In this document: positions 50,077 to 62,418 of the stretch, piece by piece
Position numbering within the stretch: the first letter of the stretch is position 1
Layout of the letters: the number at the start of each line of letters is the position of its first letter
Assembly (NCBI GenBank): GCA_001244265.2
Contig: CDLV01000015.1
Coordinates: 434,001 to 498,000, forward strand
Origin: Microbotryum violaceum
Lineage: Eukaryota
Reading direction: 5' to 3'
DNA: 64,000 nt
Position numbers and translations under genes: made by a program
The notes under the pieces: generated by a model
Seen by the model: the letters and a program-made list of their open reading frames with translations, nothing else
What the model was told of the DNA's origin: nothing
The model's database searches: none

Positions 50077-52065
50077 TCAGATCCTTTTGCGATGTTCCTG
50101 TAAAACATTGCATCTCGCTTTAGGTCTCATCGCCTAAGAAAGGACTTCCCCAGCAACCTCTGAACACTCACAGGCTTGTGTGATGTCTCGTGATCGACAT
50201 GAACGAATGCGCGGTCGACCTTGGGCAACTCCTCAAGCTTGTCCTGCAACGCCTGCGAGATGTCATGCGCTTTCCACAGCGGCGTCTCGGAGCTCATCAC
50301 GATGTCCACCTCGACGATATAGTTCGGTCCAGCGTGGTAGACGACGCATGAATCAATCATCTCGATTCCGTGCGCGAACGTCATGGCCTTGTAGATGACG
50401 AGTTGCTGGAACTCGATCGGCGCAGCGACACCAGCAAGGTACGAGAACAGCTTGTAGATCGTTCGCCCCCACACCAAGATGAGCACGAACGAGATGACAA
50501 GGGCACCACTGGGGTCGATCCACCATGCGATCTTGGCACCGGCGGCGTTGGTGAAGAGCCCAAAGCCGTTGATGAACAAGTCGTTACGGTGATCCTCCCA
50601 CAGTACTCGGACCTGCGAGTTCTTGCTTTGCAGACTGTAGCAGTACAGGAAAAGGGCGAGCTTGGTGACTATGCAGCGGCATCAGTACGAGTGAAGCTAG
50701 ATCGTCAGTGCAATACATCCTGACCCTCATGCCTCGGGGGTTTCACATACCAAAGGCAATTCCGACAGCGATGATGGCGGGGACGTGGATCGATTTATCC
50801 GACTCGCCTTTAGCAAGATCCTGAACTGAGAAGGCGACAAGTACGACCGAGACAGCTCCCATCACAGCCGAGTAGGTGATGTCACCTGTCAGGTATTACG
50901 AAGCGAGTGTGGTATGTCAGCTTAAGATGTGAGTTCCATCACGTTGATCCCTTCGGCAAAGTGCACGAACCAATTGTCTCGAACTTGCTTCCTCCCGAGG
51001 GGTACTTGACGAGATCGACCTTGGCAGCTGCTCGATGACAGTACAGTAACACAAGGTTGGCCTACGCCCGACGAAACATTTTGCGCACACGAAGTCAGTT
51101 CGTTGGGACAAAGATCTCCATCTAGTCCACACCAGATTCGACACAATGTACCATGGGGTCAAAGACCGAGTCGATCATTGTCGCGAAGAAGGACAGGGAA
51201 AGCGACGAAATGGCAGCATAGACTTGCAAGATGGCGAGGACGCAGTTGCAGATGAATGAGCCGTAAATGGCGATCTGAAGGTAAAGTGGATTTTGACCCG
51301 ACGAAAAATTCAGCGTTCTCGCCCGCACTTTGGGGGCCCCGCAGAGTCGCATACTCACCTTGATCTGCACGTCGCATGTCGAACGCAGACCGGAGTTAGT
51401 GGGTGTAGCTTGTAAGTAATACAGCATGAATTTTGGGCCCGCCGCAACCGCTCGACTCGACTCAGCCCAGTCCAGACTGTACACCTGCCAGGCCCTCGGT
51501 CCTCCTCACACGTGCGCTGACCAGGAGCGCGTGGCACCTGGCGACGGTGATCTAAAGTTCAGCAGGCTCACGGGCAACCGATTCGCATCCTCCTCCTCTG
51601 CCGCTTCTTGGATGTGCTTGTCCATCGGTTTGAGCAGCGATGTGATGTGATCATTCTGACGTCTGCGAAGGACGACGAATATCACGTGTTCATGCGATTC
51701 AGTCTCGGTTTCGGCTCGACGTCGGTTGCGAACTCAAGACTGAGATCGGCCGCGATGCGGGCCCGGTGCAACGCGACGGTGACGGCGATGATGACTGACG
51801 TGTAGAAGCTGTCCAAAACCTTGCCACCCTTTCGACGACTCCGCAGCTCGGTCAGGTGCTCGTCACTCTGGATCTTGCTCTTGAGCAGCAACGGGTCCGC
51901 TTCCTCGTTGCGACTGAGCGACGACGCCAAGAAACCCCCACGATAAGCTGGGTCCGCTTCGAACGCATTCAAGTCGGCCTGGCGGTCAGACAGTGACAGG
52001 GGAGGCGAAGGGAAGGGCACGAATGCGGGTGAAGCTGCCAGTGGATGTTCATTGATGACCGACAT
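50077..52065 (-). CDS. Cation diffusion facilitator, Mn-CDF/MTP8-11-like metal transporter
   Basis: Motifs SLSFFATMIDSVFDP, KYPSGGSKFE, LWEDHRNDLFINGFG, WWIDPSGA, VEVDIVM and AHDISQALQDKLEELPKVDRAFVHVDHE. Confidence 0.92.
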
Positions 52066-52841
52066 GGTGTTGCGATGTGGGTGGCGGAGGAAGGTTAGGT
52101 GTCGGGTCCCGCGGTACACCGGTACACCCCACTCGAGACTTGACCGTCCAATCTCGAGCGGTCAAATCGACGCGCGTTTGCCGATCAAGAGAATCTCGAT
52201 TTTATGCTTGGATTTTGCGAGGTACATTTACTTCATGCAGTTGCTGATTCGCTACAGAAGGACTTTTTTACCAACACTGCTGCATGTTCTGACTGCTTGA
52301 GCTACCTATCAGTATCGCAACCCTGCTGATGTACCACAGCTTGTGCGAATTCGGGACCCCCCACCGGCCCCAACGCCATCCATACCAACAGCAGTGCCAA
52401 GCCTATTAAGAATTGTCCCGGACACTGGTGCGAAAACTGCACCGCCACCGGCGCGCGGTCCATCGATCCATCATCTACCTACAGGTATTAAAATCACTCA
52501 GCAAGTCAGGTCGTTAGGTACTACTGGATGAGTAGGCAAATTCACCAAGCTCCTAGCAAAGCACGACTACCCTTTAATTGTTTAGTAGCAGCTCGCCTTC
52601 GCCCTCGCGGCACTGCCACTCTTCACTTTCGACCACAACTGTAGTGTCTCACATACTTTTCCTCGCGTTTCGAACCGGAGTAGATGCTCGGAACAAAAAT
52701 TCTGCATTGATGATACGTTGCGTAAGCTGGAACTAAATACGAGGCAATAATATTATTTGGTAGGATTTGGTAGGTCATCGAAAAGCCAAGACGAAACGGG
52801 TTGCACCGTCCACACCGCGCTCGACAGCTAGCAAGGCTGCT

Positions 52842-53513
52842 CTAGTAGACGGCAGCTTGCTGCTTGCGTTGCCAAGGGAATCGTCGGCGCTTCTCGGTCA
52901 TGACGGGCTCGGTTGCCAAAGGCCTCGTCTCGACGTCTCGGTCGCGGCGCCTTTTGGTAGACGAATGGGTGAAGCAGACCGTGACGGACGCCAAGAGGAG
53001 CGCAGCAGCAGCGGCGACGACCATCCACATGGCCTTGCCAAGGTGTGCGTTGGCGCTGGGGTCGTCACGGTTGATGCGGTTGCGGATCATGATGAAGCAA
53101 GCGAGGTCCACAATGAGGGCGATGATCGAAACGAGGAACGCCCAAAACGCGAGCACCGACGCAAAGATGCCGCATGCCGTGTTAGCGAAGAGAGCCGCGA
53201 GCAGGGCCAAGCCGGCGAAACCAGCGGCGATCGGGTTCAACACCAGGGCGTAGGTCAAGCCACGGCTGACAACACGGCGGGTCTCATTGCTGAAATTGTT
53301 GTTTTGGTTGAGAGAGCTGTAAACGTTGTAGCCGAGCTTGGTCTTGGAACTGACGCCGTTGATCGTCTCGCCCCAGATTCCGAGCAGGTATTGGCGGTTG
53401 TAGGCATGCAAGAAGTCGACTCTGTCCCAGATGGGTACACCGACCGAGACGATGACGAGCAAGGCGGTCGCGCCGAGGATGCAGAGCAATCCAAACATGT
53501 GAACGACAGCCAT
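52842..53513 (-). CDS. SUR7/PalI (Rim9) family tetraspan membrane protein
   Basis: Single-exon 223-aa ORF with four hydrophobic helices and motifs LGIWG, LGY, LTYALVLNPIAAG and HLGKAMWM. Confidence 0.85.
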   Translation of the reverse strand: MAVVHMFGLLCILGATALLVIVSVGVPIWDRVDFLHAYNRQYLLGIWGETINGVSSKTKLGYNVYSSLNQNNNFSNETRRVVSRGLTYALVLNPIAAGFAGLALLAALFANTACGIFASVLAFWAFLVSIIALIVDLACFIMIRNRINRDDPSANAHLGKAMWMVVAAAAALLLASVTVCFTHSSTKRRRDRDVETRPLATEPVMTEKRRRFPWQRKQQAAVY

Positions 53514-54732
53514 GGCTACTTGAGGCTGTGCTGGGAGGGGCGCGTGCGAAAAGGGGTTATGGCTGGAAAGGGGCTGTGCAGCGCAGGGTGAGTTGTAGTG
53601 AGGTTCAGTGTCTACTCATAGGATTAAAAAACAACCCGTATGTACTATTCTCAATACTTCTGGCTTACCTGAGACGGCTTTGCAAGAGGCAAGAGTTGTT
53701 GATTGTCTGGGGAAAGGGAGGAAGCAGAAGCAGAGAGGGGAGCCAGCACAGGTGACGCTCCAACTTCAAATGCGATCGGCGCAGGCAGAATTGACGGCTT
53801 TCTACGTCACAATTTACGCTCGTCTGTTTTCGACCTTGGCTATGATGCAGCACTTCCGAGACAAGCTCTGATCTGCGCGCCAATGCTGCAACCGCACGCG
53901 CGAACAGTAGCTCGCTCCTGGCCCGCCTTCGGATTACGTCATCGCCGGCGCCGCTGCTGGTTGCGGTCGCGGATTCTATAAGAGCGGCAATTCGAATGAC
54001 GAGGTTCCACACGCATTGGGGGCGAGCCAAAGCGGCCTGAGCCACTGCACTTATTATAGCTTCTAGGCGCGTTATAAATCAACCTGAAAATGCCCCGCTG
54101 GGTGACAGAATGCATTCCAAATTGCAGGTCGTTCGGCTGGAAGTTCAAGCAGCTAGGTAGAAGGCTGGCAGGCCTCACGCGGCTCACGCTCGAGCTCTTC
54201 AAGTCTGATGATGCGCCCATGGCACGCTTTTGCATGGATCAACAAGTACCCGTCCAAACTACTTTCCTAGAATTTGGGTTAACTACCTCCGTATCCCTCT
54301 ACCTACACGAATGACGTCCGTATTGCTGGGAAGTACCGTCGGTAAATCCGGTACGGGCCACGGTCCTAGTAGGCAGCATGCATAACAGGGCCTCAAGTCG
54401 AAGGCCTCGGCAGAGTGCGCGCTGGCGGTGACGCGGTGACGCGCAGCCTCGCTATCCACCAATGGAGGGCCAGGCCGAATGGCAACTCCTAGGACGTGTA
54501 AAAGAGGGGATGCCTTACAAAACAGCCCTAGAAGTAGCCTCTGAGTTGCTGAACTATCGAGTTTCAGCCACGACTTGCTTTTCGCCTGGCGATCCAAATT
54601 GTAATCATTTTTTTTATCTAATAGATTTCATCATGCATATCAGAGGCGCATACTATACAGGCCAGTGCCTACGGCTCCTAATAACGAGTCGTGAGCCCCG
54701 GCCGGCTCAGCTGCTGCAGTGCTGGATCATCC

Positions 54733-54772
54733 TAGCAGCTGATTTTAAGTGTCTGCTTAAAATCAGCTGCTA
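54733..54772. repeat. Perfect 17-bp inverted repeat with a 6-nt loop
   Basis: TAGCAGCTGATTTTAAG-tgtctg-CTTAAAATCAGCTGCTA. Confidence 0.95.
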
Positions 54773-55260
54773 ACATTATGAATTTCCAAGCAGTAAATGG
54801 GTAGGTCGGTAGGTACCGCTCACATCCTCGGTACTGATTTGTCGGTGTGTACTTCACGGTCCTGGGCACGTGATGTCATGCGTGCACGGTGCGCGGAGGC
54901 TGTATGCGGCTCTCAGGTGGTTTACATCTTTGTAGGTACTTGCCTGTATTTGATGAATAAAAGGTTACTTAGTTACCACGAATATAGGTCTTATGCCTAA
55001 GCCCCACAAATCTGGCGTAGAGCAACAAGACCCGCCACGTGACGTGTACTGGCACATTTTCACAGTTTGTTTCGCTAAAACTTGTGCGAGGCAGGCATTT
55101 CAACGGGGCAGTCACCGTCTAGGTCGGCCGCGCCGGTGAGCACTGCACGCCACGACTCCCACGAGTACATGGGCTCCCTAGTTGACCATAAGTAGGCCCC
55201 TAACGCGAAAACGTGTCACCGCGAGACTGTGTTGCAACTTTAACAATTCCACTTATCTGA

Positions 55261-55332
55261 CAACCTCGTGCAACCTCGTGCAACCTCGTGCAACCTCGTG
55301 CAACCTCGTGCAACCTCGTGCAACCCCGCGTG
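55261..55332. repeat. Minisatellite (CAACCTCGTG)x6 plus a degenerate unit
   Basis: Six exact 10-mers at 55261-55320 followed by caaccccgcgtg. Confidence 0.97.
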
Positions 55333-56145
55333 TACTTCTGCTTTTGCTATGTGGCAAGCATTGTACATTCATCACTCGAAGGGCGCCGAAGCTCGATCCA
55401 TGCAACTATGGTCATAGTACCAAATGGTCTGGCTGTCCCTCCAAGTCTAATTCATTGGGTACTAGTAATCACTGCAGCCTGAGGTCGGGAGTTCAAGACG
55501 GAGGGAGGTAGCAGCTTTGTAAGTCCATCACTGAACCTCTGATGTGTGTCGTGTAGCGCGTCTAAAATGGCGGACATAACTTCGTTAGCATCACTTTCAT
55601 CACCCTAGTCGACCCGGACTTTGCGAACTTTCGGAGAATGCCGAATGCCGACGAGCTGGCACGGGCAGGCACAGGCTGGCTCCACCTCGAGGAATCCTCC
55701 GCTGGGAGAGGGTCTTCGAGGCTCCGTCCGCTTCCTCCTTGGTCACTCTGTGTGTCCACCTGGTTCCCTCTTCTCGAAGCGACTCGGACCACCTGCACCA
55801 TTTCACAATGTGCTGGAACCGTAGATGGCATCGGCCCGCTGACCAAGCCGGATGAGTGCAGCCCACTGGCATACACACCACTCCGCCCGCGGCCCGCGGG
55901 AATGCACGCGCCCGACACCCGGACAACCCTCGCGCCGAGCAAACGGCGTCCCACTTCCAGTTCAATTATGAAAGAACACAATCACTCCAGGACCTTGCTT
56001 TCCTCTCAAAATCCTCCTCGCTGCTTCACGCTCTCACAACCTTCGTTTCGGTCTTCCCTCACAACCTTCGTTTCGGTCTTCCCAGTCGAGACGCTCCTGA
56101 CTCGACCACAGACCCACGTGACGCGAGCTCCGGCGGTCACCCACA

Positions 56146-58162
56146 ATGGCCACCCCACACGCATCAGTTTCAGCGCAACAGGACCTGGGACGCCAGCCGC
56201 AGTCGACGCAATGGGCTTCAGAATCGAGCACCTCTCACACCACCTTGGCGCCCGATATGAAACACGAGGACCACGTCGACTTTAGCACCAAGTCGGAGCT
56301 TGGAAGCGATGGCCTTCCGAAATTACAGGACACCGACGTCGAGAAGGGCGGCGCAGCGGTCACCAATTCCCCACCGCCGACAGTGCCAATGGCACCTGCT
56401 CTCGCCGCTGACGATCCAGAAAGTGAGTACCTGTGCGTTTCGGCATGCATTATGAATCGAGCGTTTGCCCAGTCAATCGCTTGGGTGCCCGCTGCGAGCG
56501 CAGATCCTCGAACATGGGCGAAGGGCAAGAAGATTGTGAGTTCGCCGAGCGGAGTCTACCATGTTGGCGCTGCCCGGAACTGATCGAGCCTGCGACGCAC
56601 CACACAGTACGTCAATTTTGTCCTGTGTATTTGGGTCTTGTCCTTGACCTATGCATCGACCGCATATGTCGCGAGTATCCGGGTCATCGAAGCTCGCTTC
56701 CGTATCACCCAAGAAGTAGCCATCCTCGGAGTGACTTTGATGGTGTGAGTGGAAAGCTGTCGCCATCGCATCGGAATCCCGTAAATTTTTGGCTCCTCAG
56801 AGTCTGACATGTCATCTGAACCCGTCAGGCTGGGATTCGCTGCGGGCCCGCTTCTGTTTGGCCCCCTGTCGGAGGTTTATGGCCGGCGACCGGTGTACGT
56901 CGTCACGGGCCTCTGCTACTCAGCCTTTTCCTTTGGTGCCGCCTTCGCCGATTCCACCGCCTCCCTCCTCGCTTTTCGCTTCTTTATGGGCTTCTTCGGT
57001 TCTTCGAGCATCAACAATGTCCCAGCGAGTATCGGTGACTTTACGACCCCTTTGGAACGCGGACCCTACACAATTCTGTACGCACTGTCTGCATTCGGCG
57101 GACCCTCGCTTGGACCACTTTGCTCGCCCTACATCGAGGCCAGGATCGGGTGGAGGTGGAACTTCCGCGTGATGGCCATCTTTAGCACCGTCATGTCGAT
57201 CTTGGTCGCACTCGCCCCCGAGACCCACGGGCCGACGATCCTCAAGGCCAAGATCAAGCGCGAGGGCAACGCCCCTCCCGCACTGACGTTCATTCAGGCC
57301 ATTAATGTCTACAAGGTCGCGATCAAGCGTCCCCTCTTGTATCTCTTCACCGAACCTATCGTAACGGTGGTATCTCTCTACCTCGCGATCCTCTACGGTA
57401 TTCTCTACGGTGTGTTAGATCTCGTCTCAACGATACGAGAAGTGCTCAATGTGCTAACTTCTTCCTGAACCTTTTCCGCCAGGCTTCTTCAACGGCTTCA
57501 TCGTGGTCTGGATGGAGACGCGTCACTTCAGCTCGACCTCGTACGGGCTGACTTACATTTCGCTCGGCTGCGGCTTCCTCTTCGGTTGTGTCATGTTGGC
57601 GACGGTGGGTGTGAAGGTGTACAACAAAGCGGCTGCCAAAGCCGAAGCCGAAGGGGTACCTACTCCTGCCGAGTCTCGACTCGTCCTCGCGTACTTCGGT
57701 GCACCCGCTGTGCCCCTGTAAGTCACAGGCGACTCCAGATCTCCGCTGATCGAGAATTGAGCTGACTCGCGCCGTTCCTCGCTCTTTTCCCACACTATCA
57801 GAGCGCTTTTCCTGTTCGCGGGAACCGCACCTTTCCCGCATATCCATTGGGTCGTGCCCTGTATCGCCGAATTCCTCTTCAGTGCGGGGATGCTCATGGT
57901 TTTCACCGCGTTCATCCCCTACCTGTTCGAAACGTACATGGCCACTTCGGCATCCGCTCTTGCGGCGGGTATGGCGAGTCGAGCCACCGTCGGAGCTGTT
58001 TTCCCGCTCTTCAGCGTGCAAGCTTTCCATGGCCTGGGTATCACCGGTGCATCATGTTTACTGGGCGGCGTCTCGGTGTTGTTGGCCCCGATCCCTTTTA
58101 TTTTCAGGGTGTACGGGCCTCGAATCCGCGCCAAGTCAAAGTACGCGGTTCATGTTCAGTGA
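56146..58162 (+). CDS. MFS drug:H+ antiporter, DHA1 family (Tpo1/Flu1-like); start at 56146 or 56257
   Basis: Motifs DDPE-DPRTWAKGKK, GPLLFGPLSEVYGRRPVY, GWRWNF, PETHGPTIL, LFTEPIV, AESRL and ASALAA. Confidence 0.93.
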
Positions 58163-59067
58163 CGAGTGTTAGGCAATCATACTACTTAATTACCCCGGCT
58201 CTGTGCGCGTCTATCTTGGAGCTCTAGGCTCAGAGAAAGCAGCATTCTCGTGCGACGTAGCTCACACGATTGTTGCGTCAAGTTGAGCTCCTAAACGTCC
58301 CGGTGGTGTACACTAATCGCGAATATTCCCAGCCTGGGACGACGATATCGACATTGCGGTATGCAGATTACCGCATATTGCAGTTCAATCCTTAACAAGG
58401 ATCTCTCAGCTCTCGCGCCGGCCGTACAACCGAGTGGCGGCGTGCGAGAAAGGAGCAGAAAGTCCCTGGTGGCGGTAGAAGATTATAACAAAAAAGGACA
58501 GGTAAACTTACCGAAGGAAAACCTCACCGCGGGTAGTAGACATCACCGAGCTACTTGTCGGGTGGTCGAACCATGGAGGACTTGAACTTGGTCCTCGCTA
58601 ATACGCGAACTCTCTTCGTGCAGGGTTCCGAGTTGGGAAAGGGCTGCGCCAACGATCTGTCCAACCCTTGTGCTTGATTCAGTGCTGAGCATCACCACCT
58701 CTTCACCTCGTCGGATCAGGTTAAGCTACCGGGACAGCGTGCGATCGAGAAAGCGGCCAAAGCGAGGCAAGAATTGAACATGGACTGAGGGCCTCATTTG
58801 CTTCAGGGACGATTGGGTGCAAACACATTCAGGCGGGCAAAGGCGAGGAACTCCTCTACGCTTGTGTTTTGAACTTGGGTCGTCGAAGTCTGGGGATTTT
58901 TTTGAAGTCTGATCATTGCCGAATCCTTCAGCTGAGAATGAGCGATGTGATAGCTGAGAATGAGCAATGTGAACAAGCACTCGCTTGTGCCTCACGCTTC
59001 CATGGCCCGACGGAGCGGGGTCCAAGACAGTCGGCTCAACGGGTTTTGCATTACACCTTTCCCCCCT

Positions 59068-60696
59068 TCAGTACCTTGGTCGCGAATTATCATACCCTCC
59101 ACCTCCACCTCCACCAGAACTAAACCCACCCCGACCGGGGCCCGAGTCGAAAGGCCTTTTTTCTCCTCCACCGCCAAAGCCACCTCGGTTGCCGTACCCC
59201 GCGTCAGGGCCGTTCTGCCCTTGATAGCCACCCCTGCCTCCTCCACTTTGGAAGCCACCTCTTCCTCCACTGTCACCGCCTTGGAAACCACCCCGTTGCC
59301 CGCCTTGAAAACCGCCTCGGAAGCCACCTCCGCCTGTGGAGAAATAGATTAGAAATGGGAGCAGGTCAGATGCGGTTGTCGGTCTCGAGCATCTGTTTGC
59401 ACACTCACCACCTTGGAATCCCCCTCTTCCGCCTCCTCCACCGAAGCCACCGCGTTGAACGAACCCACCCCTTCCTCCACCTCCAAAGCCACCCCGCGCA
59501 CCAAAGCCACCTCGAGGGGCGAAGCCACCAGGAGGCCCTGACTGAGCAAAAGGGTCCACAGGTACGGGTACGACCTTCTTGGGTCTTCCTCCGAGCCCTC
59601 CACCCAATCGGCGTGGTCTCCAGCCCTTGACGGTGCGCCCTCGCTCGACGTCGATCAAGAGTCGTTTCCCGAGCAGCTTGAGTCCATCCGCGTCCTTGTA
59701 GGCGGCTGTGATGCAGAGAAGGTTCATCAGCCCGCGGATCCGGCCTGACTGACAGATCAAACATCTACAACAAATCGTATGACCCACCTTTCATGTCCCT
59801 CTCCCTCTCGTACACGAGGAACGCATAGCCACGACTCTTGCCGTCTTTGTTGCGCACGAGGTGGACGCGCTCGAGCGGGCCATAGAGATCGAACTCGCGT
59901 CGGAGGTCCTGTTCGGTGATCTCGTAGGGTATCCTCCCGACAAAGAGGGTCTTGTAAGGATCGCCGACGGCTTCTGGGTCATCTTGCGGGCGGTCTGTAC
60001 AAAAAATGAGAAAAGCGGCATGTGAGGCGAGAAAGCGAGGGCCAAAGTGAGCGTGGGTCCAACTGACAGTTTTCGATCCCCTCGGCGAGGTTCTTTTCAT
60101 GGCGCGCCTTCTTGGCCTGTTCCTTGAGCTTGGCTCGTTCTGTCGCACTCAATCCAGGTGGGATGACGAGCTCGTCACGCTTGCGCTTCTTGATGACGGT
60201 CGAGGGCGGCGGTAGCATCTTGCCCTGTTGTTCGGCGATCTCGCCCTGTTCCTGTGCGGCGGGCAAAGCCGAATCCGGGTCCAGCTTGGGATCCTTGCTT
60301 TCGGGTTTAGGTTTCTGATCGAGCGAGGTGGGTTTGTTGGTGGTGGGATCGTCGTCGTCGTCGGGGCGCTCGCCTGCCTCGAACGCCTGCTGCTCCTTCT
60401 TCTCCTTGTCGTAGCGCACGGCGAGCCATGTCTCGCTCACGCCCAACGCTGGCGGTTTGCGTGCGAGTGACTTGAGCGGTACGTCCGGGTCACGCCCTGT
60501 TGGTGTGAGGAAGGGGAGCGGGGCTCGCGGCGCAAAGAGCCGGAGCAAGTTGGGAGGAAGCAGATGCGTCTACGGGAGGGGAGGGGGGGGGAGGGGGACG
60601 AGGGGCGGGGTACAAGGAGGAGTGAGCTCGCGTCAGAGCGGTTCAAAAACTTGGGTGTATGGGGTTGGAAAAAGAGCCGGGACTTACGCCGACCAT
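59068..60696 (-). CDS. SNP1: U1 snRNP 70 kDa protein
   Basis: Motifs [41 protein letters not shown] and [22 protein letters not shown], with an RGG-rich tail. Confidence 0.96.
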
Positions 60697-60940
60697 GATG
60701 GAGGGCTCTCACGACAGCGATCGGCTGAGCGGTGCAGCGGGGCAGCGGCGCAGCGGAAGCACAAGCGACACGAGCCTCCCGCGCCGGACGCACAGAAGCG
60801 CCCATAATAATGACCATTACAAAAAAGGGATTAGTGCGGCCATTAGCACCAGTCGCCTCGGAGTGGGCCCCGGCTAGCCCCGGCTCTCGCTCTTGCCACG
60901 TTCATCCCCTCGCCACCCATTCGAGCTCTGTACCTGCATC

Positions 60941-62246
60941 ATGAAGGTCATCGGAATCGCTGCGGCTTTGGCCTTGCCCGCTCTTGTCCTCGCTGGACTC
61001 GAAGACGCCAAGTACTCGGTCAGTCGTCGTCCCCGCGCCCCTGGTTCGAGCTGTAGTCAATAATCCAGCACGGACCACCCACCACCTTGCATTCGGACGG
61101 GACATCGACGACACTGACTCGCTTCCTCTCGCAACGGTGCCACCTCCTAACCACAGACCGTGCTCGGCAGCGACAATTTTAACAAGGTCATCAACAGTCA
61201 GTTCAATCACAGTGGCGTGCTCGTCTCGATCAAAGTAGCCCGCTCCGACGAGTCCCAAACCGACTGACGTGGCGCTCCGCTCCGCTCTCCTTCCCGATCC
61301 TCCACCTCACACCCATCCGCACCTTGTCCTGCGTGCTCACCCACAGGTCAATCCGTCGGAACACTTGTTGCCTTCTTTGCTCCCTGGGTAGGTTCCTCGG
61401 AGTTGCCACACCTTATTGGTCCGATCGTGCTGACCGAAGCCCCTTCGACGCACAGTGCGGCCACTGCAAGTCCCTCGAAGGCACCTGGACCAAAGTTGCC
61501 CAGGCGTTCCAGGACGATGACCGATGCAAGGTCGCCCATTTCGACGCCGACAACGCCAACAACCGACCCCTCGCCGAAAAGTATGGTGTACAAGGTCAGC
61601 CCTTTCAAGTCCCTCCAAAGCCCCTCTGAGCCAGAACCCGCGCTGAACGCTGAACGACTTTGACCATCTCCAGGTTTCCCCACCATCAAATTCATTCCCA
61701 CGGGAGGCGGAAAAGCCGTAGACTACCAGGGCGCTCGATCCGAAGAGGCCTTCCTCGAGTTCTTGAACGAAAAGTGCGGCACCCATCGATTGCCCGGTAG
61801 CGCTCTCTCGGACATGGTCAGTCTGCGCACGCTGCTCCCCCTCGCTTGGGACTGGCTCGCTAATCTGCCGCACCCTTCTCCCTCGACAGGCTGGACGCAT
61901 CCCTTCGCTTGACAACCTTGCGTCGTCCTACCTGTCCCCTACGGCTGAACGACCCAAGATCCTCTCCCAAGCCTCCTCAATCGCCTCGTCCCTGACCGAT
62001 TCGTCGTCCGAGAACGCAGCTTACTACATCAAGATCATGACCAAGTACTTGTCGTCCTCGGTCGAGGAGATGGAGGCCTGGATCAAGAAAGAGTCCGAGA
62101 GGTTGAGCAAGATGCTCAGTCGCAAGGGCGCGATCGCCGGAAAGAAGCTCGATGAGCTACGTGCCAAGCAGAACATCTTGGCGGCGTTCAAGTACGTCGA
62201 GGCCCAGGTCGAGAACGTCGTTGACCATATCAAGGGCGAGTTGTAA
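60941..62246 (+). CDS. Protein disulfide isomerase family protein (one thioredoxin domain plus ERp29-type C-terminal domain)
   Basis: Signal peptide, FFAPW-CGHCK, GFPTIKF, a helical C-domain (YYIKIM...ESERL...KQNIL..F) and C-terminal KGEL*. Confidence 0.9.
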
Positions 62247-62418
62247 AAGATGGAAGTTCTAGGATGATGGAACAGCTGGAGCTTGCCGATTTCAGTCGTT
62301 GTAGCTGCTCTCTCTTTCTGCCCATCGAAATGCATCCTCTGAAATGCCAACACTATGTTCATCTTTCTCCTCGAATGTACCACTCAAGAATCATTTGCAC
62401 AGAGAACACTTTCATCCA

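Noticed and set aside
38576-52065. Urease plus CDF transporter as a nickel-supply cluster
   Set aside because: The CDF has Mn-type motifs, lies about 8 kb away behind unrelated genes, and no urease accessory genes or NiCoT are present.
52767-53591. 274-aa plus-strand ORF
   Set aside because: Antisense shadow of the PalI/SUR7 gene.
55261-55320. CRISPR-like repeat array
   Set aside because: Head-to-tail 10-mers with no spacers, in a eukaryotic context.
55478-55499. Human Alu contamination (CCTGAGGTCGGGAGTTCAAGAC)
   Set aside because: Similarity is limited to the B-box region and does not extend into Alu flanks.
58930-58972. 22-nt tandem duplication containing CTGAGA (TPP riboswitch-like)
   Set aside because: The remaining riboswitch core is absent; this is a simple local duplication downstream of SNP1.
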